Assembly: GCA_046483305.1 (NCBI GenBank)
Contig: JAWODM010000019.1
Span: forward strand, 1 to 26,244
DNA length: 26,244 nucleotides
From: Candidatus Krumholzibacteriales bacterium
GTDB taxonomy: Bacteria; Krumholzibacteriota; Krumholzibacteriia; Krumholzibacteriales; WJIX01
Reading direction: 5' to 3'
Of the stretch, positions 8,603-16,799 are shown in pieces. The first letter of the stretch is position 1; each line of letters opens with the position of its first letter. Made by a program: the position numbers and the translations under genes. The notes under the pieces are model-generated. The model was not told the DNA's origin and made no database searches. It saw only the letters and a list, made by a program, of their open reading frames with translations.

Positions 8603-9109
8603 TTATCCGGTCTTCAGGATAACCGTCTCGGCGACCTGGGCGGTATAGGCCTGGGAGGTGTCGATCTCCCCCTCTTTGCCGCTGATGATCAGCCCTAAAA
8701 TGAAGAGCCAGGAAAGTATCTTCCTTCCCTTTCCCTTATTTTCAATAGCCCCGGACAGTTTAATCATCCCTCCGTCGGCTGTTCTGTATTCACCTTCTGG
8801 GCGCAGCCCGGTGAAGGAGATTTTGATATAGCCGGGATCTCCCGGCCTGGAAGCCTGCTCTATCTCCACCACTTCGGCGGTCCCCTTCGCCCCCTCTTCC
8901 ACAACAGTCTTTCCCCCTATGGTAATATCCTCGGCCAGAATTATCGGAAGCTCCAGCCCCTTCTGCAGCATTCCCGAGTTGACCTTAATGGAGGGGTCGA
9001 ACCTGACCTTGACTTCAGTCTCTTCGGGAAGAACCAGGGCGGCCGAAGCCGCGACCGGAATCATTGAGAGTATTGCCAGAGCTACAACAGTAAGCCTGAA
9101 TTTTTTCAT
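8603..9109 (-). CDS. Small secreted protein, VirB10/TrbI-like beta domain with hydrophobic hairpin; last gene of the T6SS cluster
   Basis: Start moved to ATG 9109 (MKKFRLTVVALAILSMIPVAASA signal peptide). The pattern LPEETEVKVRF...LAEDITIGGKTVVEEGAKGTAEV...RPGDPGYIKISF...DGGMIKLSG resembles TrbI/VirB10-type domains; internal hydrophobic stretch ILSWLFILGLII. Confidence 0.55.
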   Translation of the reverse strand: MKKFRLTVVALAILSMIPVAASAALVLPEETEVKVRFDPSIKVNSGMLQKGLELPIILAEDITIGGKTVVEEGAKGTAEVVEIEQASRPGDPGYIKISFTGLRPEGEYRTADGGMIKLSGAIENKGKGRKILSWLFILGLIISGKEGEIDTSQAYTAQVAETVILKTG

Positions 9110-9181
9110 CCCTTCGCCTTTCTCCTGAATAATTGACAGAATCCTGCTTTCAGCGGCTTCAGACACAGCCGCGCTTTTATT

Positions 9182-11365
9182 CTACTTGAGCTCCGGGAGC
9201 ATATCCGTGAGCTGTCTCTTGAATCTGATGGTAACCGTTTTGCCTATATTCTGGAAGGTGACTTCTCCCTCCAGTGCGAACAGGGCGTACCTTCCCTGAA
9301 GCACCCTCTTGTCGCTGGACTTTACCCCCCAGGTGCAGGGATATTTCAGTTCGTCGAAAGCGATATGGATATCATCCCCCAGCTTCCAGCTCAGCCGGAC
9401 CTCTTCGCCCTCAAGAAGCTGCGTCTCCTTCGACCAGGAGGGACCCTGCCCCGAACCGGTAACTTCTATATGAAGGTGGCCCATGTCCGGAACTGACTCC
9501 AGGATACATGTGTAGGTCCTCTTTCTCTTCCACTTATTTACCTCGGCCAGATAGGAATCGATAGCTGAAATCTGCTTGCTGTGCCTGGAGAGATTCAGCT
9601 TTGCCCTGATGGCCTGCAGCTTCCCCGGAGCCTTTCCCAGAAGGTAAGCGGGGTCGTTGGAGCCGTTGATGGCATCTCTGATATTATCGTAATCATCCAG
9701 CCCCGCTACCGCCTCCACTTCCTGCCTCTTTTCAGCGGTAAGCCCCAGCAGGGCCTCTCCCAGTTTCTTCTCGGAGCTGCTGTACTTCTCGGCATTGTTC
9801 ATATCAAAATCGACCTGCCGGTTGATCTCCGAAACCACCGCCGAATCCCTGGCGGTCTTAATAAACCTGGCAAAAAGGTTCCAGTAATTCAGCACCCTGT
9901 CGGACCGCTGGTACAGTATTGATTCCTCGTCGCCGGCGTGCATCCTCTCAAGACCGGCCAGCAGCTCCTGATGATTCGTATCGTATATCAGGCTGTCCTT
10001 GCCGGGGTTGTATTTAGGCCAGAGATCCCTGCTGTCAACAATATAGGCGAACTCATTAATAATATTATCCAGCTGATTTATAGCCTTGCCCACATCGAAG
10101 TTGTAGTAGATATCGGCCAGATTCCTGGCTGCAGCACCGTGACGGGAGAAAAATTCCCTGACCACCCATTTTCTGCCGTACCGGTTATATGCGCGGTATA
10201 TCTTGCCCCTCTGCTCCCCCGAGGTATTCATCAGGTTATTATCCGCCGATTCCATTATGCTGCTTTCCACCTTCCTGGCCCTGGGCAGAAGAAAATTAAA
10301 ATTGAAGAGGAAGGGTATGGAATAGAGCAGTATCCAGATCACTGAGATAACACCGACGAATTTTACCACCCTGCGCATCACATTCAGCTTCTTGTTCCTG
10401 TCTATGGCGTTAAGTATCCAGTAGAAAGGCTCCTTAACCCCGCTGGGCTTTATCTTCTCAGGCGGCTTGTATATGGACCTTCCCACATCCGCGCCTATCT
10501 TCTCCGGTTTATTTCCGGTATTGGATATGAAGAATATCTGGAAATCGAGAGTCCTGCCCACTACCACTCTCAGGAATTCCCGAAGTTTGACCAGCACCCC
10601 TCGCACCGTTCCCGCCCACTCTCTGTCGCCCTCCACTCTCCCGAGCACCTTCTCCAGGAAAAGGTCGAAATTCTCGGAGAGGAACTGCTCATCCTCCTGA
10701 TCTATCAGCACCGCCTGATCCTCCCCCCGGTATCCCGGGAGAGTATCCGATTTGGTAATTACCAGCCCCACCGGCAACGGAAGCCTGGTCTTCAGTGGTG
10801 ATATCTTCTCCAGCATATTAACATAGGAGGACGCCCTGGCCTGTATCTCCATCTCCGCTCCCATTATCTTGGGATCGAAGAAGAATAGAATGCCGTCCGC
10901 CGAAGCCATGAACGATTTGACTTTCTCAGCCTGATCGGACTCTCCGGAAATAGATACCGCCTCGCCGCCGTAATCGAGGGTCACCACCGGCATCTTCTTC
11001 TTCTGGTCCAGAATGGCGTTGAACTGCAGGACCCTGGTACCGGCGGTCGGATCGGGGAATTCTCTTTCGCCCCGCTGGTCCACTATGGTGCCTGCCCCCC
11101 CGGCGGGAGCAATACCCCATATCGACCTGAAGTTCGACAGAAGCTCCGCGGAAGTCTCGTTGTCGGTTACCGAGATCTGAATCTTCCTGGTAACTTTTCC
11201 CTCGTTGTACAGAACGGTAAAATAGACCGTCTTGCCGCTGTTGCGGTGTCCGAACACTCCGATCCTGGTCCCCTCCGGCCAGGGAGATTTCTCGGCAGCC
11301 CCTCCCGGCTTCTTTGCCTTTTTCGCGCCTTTCTTCAGAAATTTGAATATCTTCGCCATCTTCAT
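9182..11365 (-). CDS. Inner-membrane protein with N-terminal P-loop GTPase-fold domain; TssM/IcmF-like architecture
   Basis: G1 GHRNSGKT, G3 LDYGG, ADGILFFFDP and G4 LPVGLVITKSD; single TM VKFVGVISVIWILLYSIPFLF; then an alpha-helical region and a beta-rich C-terminal domain. Lies two genes after tssK. Confidence 0.65.
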   Translation of the reverse strand: MKMAKIFKFLKKGAKKAKKPGGAAEKSPWPEGTRIGVFGHRNSGKTVYFTVLYNEGKVTRKIQISVTDNETSAELLSNFRSIWGIAPAGGAGTIVDQRGEREFPDPTAGTRVLQFNAILDQKKKMPVVTLDYGGEAVSISGESDQAEKVKSFMASADGILFFFDPKIMGAEMEIQARASSYVNMLEKISPLKTRLPLPVGLVITKSDTLPGYRGEDQAVLIDQEDEQFLSENFDLFLEKVLGRVEGDREWAGTVRGVLVKLREFLRVVVGRTLDFQIFFISNTGNKPEKIGADVGRSIYKPPEKIKPSGVKEPFYWILNAIDRNKKLNVMRRVVKFVGVISVIWILLYSIPFLFNFNFLLPRARKVESSIMESADNNLMNTSGEQRGKIYRAYNRYGRKWVVREFFSRHGAAARNLADIYYNFDVGKAINQLDNIINEFAYIVDSRDLWPKYNPGKDSLIYDTNHQELLAGLERMHAGDEESILYQRSDRVLNYWNLFARFIKTARDSAVVSEINRQVDFDMNNAEKYSSSEKKLGEALLGLTAEKRQEVEAVAGLDDYDNIRDAINGSNDPAYLLGKAPGKLQAIRAKLNLSRHSKQISAIDSYLAEVNKWKRKRTYTCILESVPDMGHLHIEVTGSGQGPSWSKETQLLEGEEVRLSWKLGDDIHIAFDELKYPCTWGVKSSDKRVLQGRYALFALEGEVTFQNIGKTVTIRFKRQLTDMLPELK

Positions 11366-11383
11366 TTGTTATGCCCCGGTTAA

Positions 11384-12322
11384 TTACTTATTAATAGCTT
11401 CCCTGGTCTGTTCCACTCTATGATTCATTTCCGTGAGCCGGTTCCGGGAGTAGCTGTTCCATTTCGCCGGTATAAAAAAGGCCAGGAAAATGAACAGCAG
11501 TATCAGCAGACCGTAAAAAATATAGGCCGAATTCCTCTGAGTCAGAGCCAGATGGAAATACCTGTAGTTGGAGAAAAGGCTCCTGATGCTGCTCCATACT
11601 GTCCGGGCGGTCTCCTTCACTCTGTCCATGAAGCTTTCTTCCACCAGGTATCCCCACTCCCGCAGGTATCCCTCATACAATGGGCCGGCCTTCTTCATCT
11701 TCTCGAAGGTCCCCACGCTCCGCAGGTGAAATTCCAGAGAATTGCGGTCCTCCGCCAGGTCGCTACCCATCTTCGACCGCCGCATCTGGAGCTCCAGCAG
11801 CTTCCTCCCGCTGCTCATTCCGTTGAAATCCTCAGGGGAGAGGTCCCGGACCGGGCCGGATCCGAACTTGTCTATAAATCTGGCTATTTCCTTGAGAAAG
11901 AACTGATTCAGCCGGAAGTTATTGTTCAGGGCGCCCGGCTGAGTCAGCATCGGAACCAGGAATTTCTCAAAATAATTTACATCCCTCTTGGAGTCGCGCC
12001 TCTCCCGGCAGTAAAGGTAAGCCCGGTTGGACTGCCCGTCTGTATCGGCTACAGACTCGAAGAATGAGATCAGTATCTGAATGGTCATCTGCCGCAGGTC
12101 CGAGCTGCTCAGAGGCTCCCGCTTGATCCTCTCCAGGAACTGCTGGTCCACCTCCACCGCCCGGTCTCTCTGCTCCCTGAGAGCCTGGAAAACGGCGTAA
12201 ATCCCGTTATATGTCTGCAGAAATGCCTCTATATCGAAGGAATCGTAATTCTTCTCGTATGTCTCGATATATTTAAACAGATCCGCGATATATGATTTTA
12301 TTCCTTCATTCACCTGTTCCAC
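11384..12322 (-). CDS. C-terminally anchored alpha-helical membrane protein; TssL/DotU-like topology
   Basis: Soluble helical N-terminal ~265 aa, one TM AYIFYGLLILLFIFLAFFIP and a short C-tail; GTG start 3 nt after the tssK stop. The function is inferred from topology and position only. Confidence 0.5.
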   Translation of the reverse strand: MEQVNEGIKSYIADLFKYIETYEKNYDSFDIEAFLQTYNGIYAVFQALREQRDRAVEVDQQFLERIKREPLSSSDLRQMTIQILISFFESVADTDGQSNRAYLYCRERRDSKRDVNYFEKFLVPMLTQPGALNNNFRLNQFFLKEIARFIDKFGSGPVRDLSPEDFNGMSSGRKLLELQMRRSKMGSDLAEDRNSLEFHLRSVGTFEKMKKAGPLYEGYLREWGYLVEESFMDRVKETARTVWSSIRSLFSNYRYFHLALTQRNSAYIFYGLLILLFIFLAFFIPAKWNSYSRNRLTEMNHRVEQTREAINK

Positions 12323-12325
12323 CTT

Positions 12326-13777
12326 TTAGCTCTGAATATACAATACCATATCCGTACTTCCAAGGTCATTCAGCTTGCCGGGGCTTGAGACACCCCTGAA
12401 AATCAGGGTAACCTGATTGACCGCCGGAGATTTCAGCATATCCAGGGGATGGAGCACCACCTTGTTCCTGTAGGTATTGACATCTATCTCAACCGGGTCA
12501 GTCTCACCCAGCCCCCTGGCCCTGTTCAGTCCCAGCCTCACCTGCATGCTGCGCCATTCGGCTTCCGAAAAAAGCGACTTGTTGATAAGAATCAGGGCGT
12601 CGGATACCGGGCCTTCCTGAGCCGGATCCATCACCAGATGGGCCAGCTCCCCAACCTCCTCCAGGCGGCTGCCGGCCAGCTCGTTTACCTTGTAGGTTTT
12701 CCCCTGGTAGGTCATGGTCTCAGCGGCTTCTTCCTGGTCAAGAAGCTGGTCCGGGCTGGTCTGGGCCAGGAAAGCCATCATCTCTCCGAGAGTTCCCATT
12801 ATCTGGTCAGCCATCCTTACCTGTTTGGCGATATCCCGGTGGTTATATTCAGACATCAGAAACCCGTCAACTGAGGACATGTAGGTTCTGGCCTCGGAAT
12901 TACTCCTGCTGAAAAACTTTTCGTTGAGGTAATCAGTCAGGCCGGGCCTGGAACTCAGCATCGATGAAATAACCCTGAACAGCTTCTTCAGCTGAGTGAT
13001 CATCTCCAGGGGATGCCCTGCGTTTCTGCCGGTCCTGAAATCATCCAGATGGGACGCCATGTGGTATACCAGGAAGTACATGGTTTCCCGGAAGGCGTTC
13101 TGCAGTTTGGTGCTGGCTCCCTCCAGTCCTTTCGAAGACGAAGCGGTCATGTAAGCCCTGGTAGAGAGCTTGAGAAGATTCTCCATCCGGTTGCGGTAAT
13201 CCACCGCCCGGGAAGCCAGCCGGCTGTCGGCGTTTACCCTGACCGAAGGAGGGAAATACCCGGGATCCGGGACCACCTCGGAACCGGAGACATTAAAAAC
13301 TTCCACCTTGATGTATCTTGACTCCGGAAGATTGGGAGGCTCGGCCAGAGTCAGAGTATATTGAGGCATCCGGTAGGGGATCCGGGGAATCTCTTCCGAG
13401 GGATCCGGTTCGCCGGTCGGTATTTTCTCCCCGCCGGCAGCCCCCAGGAAAACCGGAACGCTGGTCTCCTTAACCTCCGCCTCGGCCTTGAGCACATCCC
13501 CCCCGCTGAGCGTTTGATTGTATTCCAGGTACATCCCGCACGGCAGTATCGCCTGGCACCTGCTCAACTCCACCTTCATGGTGCTGCCGCTCAGAGACGC
13601 GCTGACTCTGATGGGCGGCTGATCTTCCGCCTTCTTTATCAGTCCGTAATCATCGTCAGCCGACGCGGCGTGCCAGCGGGACAGCTCCTCAAAAAAGCGC
13701 TCCTGGTCCCTGAGGTGTTTCATGGACAGGAGCATCCCGTCCTGCCAGTTTACCGAATTTAAATCGAAGTCGCCCAT
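12326..13777 (-). CDS. tssK: T6SS baseplate subunit TssK
   Basis: N-terminal VNWQDGMLLSMKHL motif, DYGLI, and DPGYFPPSV (TssK-type yiPP motif); position after tssEFG. Confidence 0.82.
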   Translation of the reverse strand: MGDFDLNSVNWQDGMLLSMKHLRDQERFFEELSRWHAASADDDYGLIKKAEDQPPIRVSASLSGSTMKVELSRCQAILPCGMYLEYNQTLSGGDVLKAEAEVKETSVPVFLGAAGGEKIPTGEPDPSEEIPRIPYRMPQYTLTLAEPPNLPESRYIKVEVFNVSGSEVVPDPGYFPPSVRVNADSRLASRAVDYRNRMENLLKLSTRAYMTASSSKGLEGASTKLQNAFRETMYFLVYHMASHLDDFRTGRNAGHPLEMITQLKKLFRVISSMLSSRPGLTDYLNEKFFSRSNSEARTYMSSVDGFLMSEYNHRDIAKQVRMADQIMGTLGEMMAFLAQTSPDQLLDQEEAAETMTYQGKTYKVNELAGSRLEEVGELAHLVMDPAQEGPVSDALILINKSLFSEAEWRSMQVRLGLNRARGLGETDPVEIDVNTYRNKVVLHPLDMLKSPAVNQVTLIFRGVSSPGKLNDLGSTDMVLYIQS

Positions 13778-13804
13778 AATTTTACCTCTGAATTCTACTA
13801 GTAG

Positions 13805-13833
13805 ACTTTATGTTTATAAACCGTTGTTGTCAA
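13805..13833 (-). promoter_or_regulatory. Internal sigma70 promoter upstream of tssK
   Basis: On the - strand: TTGACA (13833-13828), 17 nt spacer, TAAAGT (13810-13805), in an AT-rich 68-nt gap. Palindromes GTTTATAAAC (13812-13821) and TCTACTAGTAGA (13794-13805). Confidence 0.7.
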
Positions 13834-13845
13834 GTTATACCTCTA

Positions 13846-14748
13846 TCAAACAAATGCGGCATATCCCAGATATGTCCCGCTCCCCAGCCCCATCCTTTCC
13901 TTCTCAGCCTCCACGGTGATCCTGCAGTCCAGCTCTCCCGGCATGCAGTAATCCAGTATTTTCTTTATCCTTTCCCTGGTTTTGCCCCCTGGAAGAAACC
14001 GGGAGATTTCCTCCGGCGGAACTCCGCAGACGGTCAGCTGATAGGTAGAATCGCACTCACTGAACGAGCTTCCCAGAACCGTCTCCCTGCCCAGCCTGGC
14101 AACTTTCTCTCCCAGCCTGTACCTGAGGGCGTCCGGTATCTCAGTCTCTGTCCTCAGATTTTCAGTGAGCCTGAACTGATAGCCGAAAAGCCTGCCAAGA
14201 ACATCGGTGACTATTTCCGGGTTCCCCCCCCACAGGTAGACGGAGGGAAGAAGCGAGACGAACAGGAGAATGTCTTCCCTGTCATAATCTTCACTTTCAG
14301 CGTCGAAATCAAACAGGGACAGAAATCTCTTGAGGTGGTCCTCCTCTATGACGCCGAACTCATACTTCAGGGCGCTGAACCTCACGGAGGCCCGGTGGCG
14401 TATCACCGTGGAATCGAAGGGAGCCATCAGAGAGCGCGCTCTGTCCTCCCAGCTCCTGTCAGTATCCCTCTTTCTCCCCAGCCCGTAGAAAAACTGGTAC
14501 GGCATATAATCGACCGCGCTGGGAGTCCCTATCTCCAGGGTGATCTCGGTATCCGGGGTAACCGGGGTGCCCGGTTCGGGATTCTGAGCGTGGACCTGGC
14601 CCCGGTAGTTCTCGCAGGTCCCTACCGCTTTTATGTTTACACTGTTGATGTCAATGCCCATCCCGGCAAGAATGTTCAGAGCGGTCATATACCCGAATCT
14701 GAAATCGCGCCCGGTGAAATCAGGCATTCTGTTTTCTTTTCCGCTCAT
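13846..14748 (-). CDS. tssG: T6SS baseplate subunit TssG with N-terminal PASTA-like domain
   Basis: Follows tssF with a TGATG overlap; TssG-like YMPYQFFYG, RLGRETVLG and FLPGG..RERIKKILDYCMP. N-terminus MPDFTG...ALNILAGMG...GQVHAQNPEPGTPVTPDTEITLEIG fits a PASTA pattern. Confidence 0.78.
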   Translation of the reverse strand: MSGKENRMPDFTGRDFRFGYMTALNILAGMGIDINSVNIKAVGTCENYRGQVHAQNPEPGTPVTPDTEITLEIGTPSAVDYMPYQFFYGLGRKRDTDRSWEDRARSLMAPFDSTVIRHRASVRFSALKYEFGVIEEDHLKRFLSLFDFDAESEDYDREDILLFVSLLPSVYLWGGNPEIVTDVLGRLFGYQFRLTENLRTETEIPDALRYRLGEKVARLGRETVLGSSFSECDSTYQLTVCGVPPEEISRFLPGGKTRERIKKILDYCMPGELDCRITVEAEKERMGLGSGTYLGYAAFV

Positions 14749-16415
14749 CAGGATTTATTTACCTCTACTTTGAACTGGCTGTTTATCGACGTTCTCCCTT
14801 TCAGAAACGACTCCAGCCTGCACCTTATAAGATCTATTTCATCGTCGGAATAGAAATCCTTCTCCTTAACATCTACGTTGACTATAACGCACTTCCTCAA
14901 ACCCCCCTCCGCCCGCATAACTCCTTTTTCACAGTGCGCGTCAACTATCCGCCTGTCGAAAGTTCTGGCCCAGTTGACGATCTGATCCAGAGACATCGCC
15001 CTGTCCCGGCCCCGCAGCCGGTTTGAAACCTCCGTGAGGATCTGTTCGTCCGTTTTGGCGGGGATGGCTCCTCTTACCGGCGTTATATTCTGAACAGAAC
15101 TGATACCCGGATGATTTTCGTACAATTCGGCAATCTTGCCCGCGGAAATGCCGTTGGCGTCGGTTCCATTGGTAACGGTATAGTTTACCGTAATCGATTC
15201 CGGGGGAAGCTCAATCCCCGAAGAGAAATCGAAGATCAGTTTCAGCCGGCCATCCTCCGATACCAGAGTGTAAAAATTTTCTCCTGTTCCGCTGAGCGCC
15301 TGGTGCCTGGGGACAAAAGCATTGCCCTGAGAATCGGAGACCGCGACGATCTCCACTATATCCTCTGTCCGGTCGGGTATCTGTATCTCCACCAGCCGGT
15401 TGCCTCCGGTGTGCTTGAACAGCGTCTTTTCCTGTTTGTTTACCGCTATAAAGCAGTTGAAATCAATATTGAACGGTTTGCGGAATACTGACTTGTCTCC
15501 GCCCTTCGGAAGAATGATTCTGATCCAGTATAAACCCTCCGGGCCGGCGGGCATCTCGACACCTTCTCTTTTCATCATATCGACGAAGCTACTGTCCGGG
15601 TTTCCGGGACGCCAGGCGGTGGCGAAATCATCGGTAATCGGAACGAAATTATTCTCCAGCGGCTTGAACAGGTCCTTGCTTCTTCGTAAACCACCCCAGT
15701 TCAGGACCCGGTCCGTATTGGCGAAGGTTCCTCCCACCGCGGCATAGAGGCCGGGGCAGAAACCGCTTTCCCCGTCGAAGCCGCCATCCACGCATGGCAG
15801 CCACTTGGAAAACTGAAGCTGCTTCAGGGCCTCCTCTTCACCCCTCAGAAAGATTGAACTGCCCTGAAAATCGTCGGCGTGGCCCTCATATTCGAAAGCC
15901 GCATATATATAAGCCTCGGCTCCCGAAAACGATGAGGTCTGGTGGGAGGCGGAAACTCTGGTACTGTCCGGCTCAGCCGGCGAGATATCATACACCCTGC
16001 CGCCTGAAACGAAGTAGATATTCCTGGCCCTGGCCTGGAGAATCTTTTCGTCTTTAAGCGAAGAGAAGAAGAAGGTGTCTCCGCCCTCCCTCTCTTCCTT
16101 GTAGAAGAAACTGGTTTCCGGATCGACAGTTACCGCCGGATCTGAGGGCTCCGCCCTTATCACGGTATAGGCGGGAACCGGCCATCGCATCCCTTCCGGG
16201 CATATCGACCTGATCAGCGCGCCTGAAGCGGCCTCCCAGGTGTGCTTGATCATACCGTCAATGGAGGCAAGCTGGCCGGCATAAAGCTGCATCAGTATCC
16301 GCAGAAGGGGATCCAGCCTGTCGGGAGATTCCGGAACATCTTCGCTCCAGGCCCTCAATTCCCGGTGCATGTCCTGGAAAATCTGATCGGCGGTCCTTGC
16401 TTTTTCGCTTTTCAT
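14748..16415 (-). CDS. tssF: T6SS baseplate subunit TssF
   Basis: N-terminal DRLDPLLRILMQLYA...PVPAYTVIRAEP; C-terminal YTVTNGTDANGI and LRGRDRAMS, typical of TssF/gp6-like wedge proteins; lies between tssE and tssG. Confidence 0.82.
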   Translation of the reverse strand: MKSEKARTADQIFQDMHRELRAWSEDVPESPDRLDPLLRILMQLYAGQLASIDGMIKHTWEAASGALIRSICPEGMRWPVPAYTVIRAEPSDPAVTVDPETSFFYKEEREGGDTFFFSSLKDEKILQARARNIYFVSGGRVYDISPAEPDSTRVSASHQTSSFSGAEAYIYAAFEYEGHADDFQGSSIFLRGEEEALKQLQFSKWLPCVDGGFDGESGFCPGLYAAVGGTFANTDRVLNWGGLRRSKDLFKPLENNFVPITDDFATAWRPGNPDSSFVDMMKREGVEMPAGPEGLYWIRIILPKGGDKSVFRKPFNIDFNCFIAVNKQEKTLFKHTGGNRLVEIQIPDRTEDIVEIVAVSDSQGNAFVPRHQALSGTGENFYTLVSEDGRLKLIFDFSSGIELPPESITVNYTVTNGTDANGISAGKIAELYENHPGISSVQNITPVRGAIPAKTDEQILTEVSNRLRGRDRAMSLDQIVNWARTFDRRIVDAHCEKGVMRAEGGLRKCVIVNVDVKEKDFYSDDEIDLIRCRLESFLKGRTSINSQFKVEVNKS

Positions 16416-16416
16416 A

Positions 16417-16791
16417 CTATCCCACCCTGAATACTTCCTCGAATCTTTTCCTGTCTTCTCCGTCCTGATAATTCCCGATCACCTTCACCGCTATCCCCAG
16501 GGGATGGCCGGGCGCCGTTTCGATGTTCTGAAGCGATACCGAAACGTTGAACAGCCTCTTTTCGTGCTCGGCGATGGCCTTGCGGACCGAGCCCTGAACA
16601 TCAGACCGGTTGGCGCTGTAGAAATCGGAGAATTCCCTGTCCCACAGCTCGCAGCCGTAGTCGGGATTAAACGGAATCGATCCCGGCCGGGTGCTCAGAA
16701 TGAGCCCCACCGAATTGGAGATCGAGCTTCTCAGGTCTGTTCTCTTAAAATGCCCCTTCTTCAGAATCAGGGGCAATGTTAAATACTCCAT
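16417..16791 (-). CDS. tssE: T6SS baseplate subunit TssE (GPW/gp25 family)
   Basis: gp25 signature SISNSVGLILSTRPGSIPFNPDYGCELWD...IAEHEKRL. Confidence 0.9.
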   Translation of the reverse strand: MEYLTLPLILKKGHFKRTDLRSSISNSVGLILSTRPGSIPFNPDYGCELWDREFSDFYSANRSDVQGSVRKAIAEHEKRLFNVSVSLQNIETAPGHPLGIAVKVIGNYQDGEDRKRFEEVFRVG

Positions 16792-16799
16792 CGGTATCC

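Noticed and set aside
9133..9178. TTGACA on the + strand and a small hairpin GCGGCT-N8-AGCCGC (9153-9172)
   Set aside because: No -10 lies at 16-18 nt. The hairpin is only 6 bp and its T-run is on the non-coding strand, so it is not called as a promoter or terminator.
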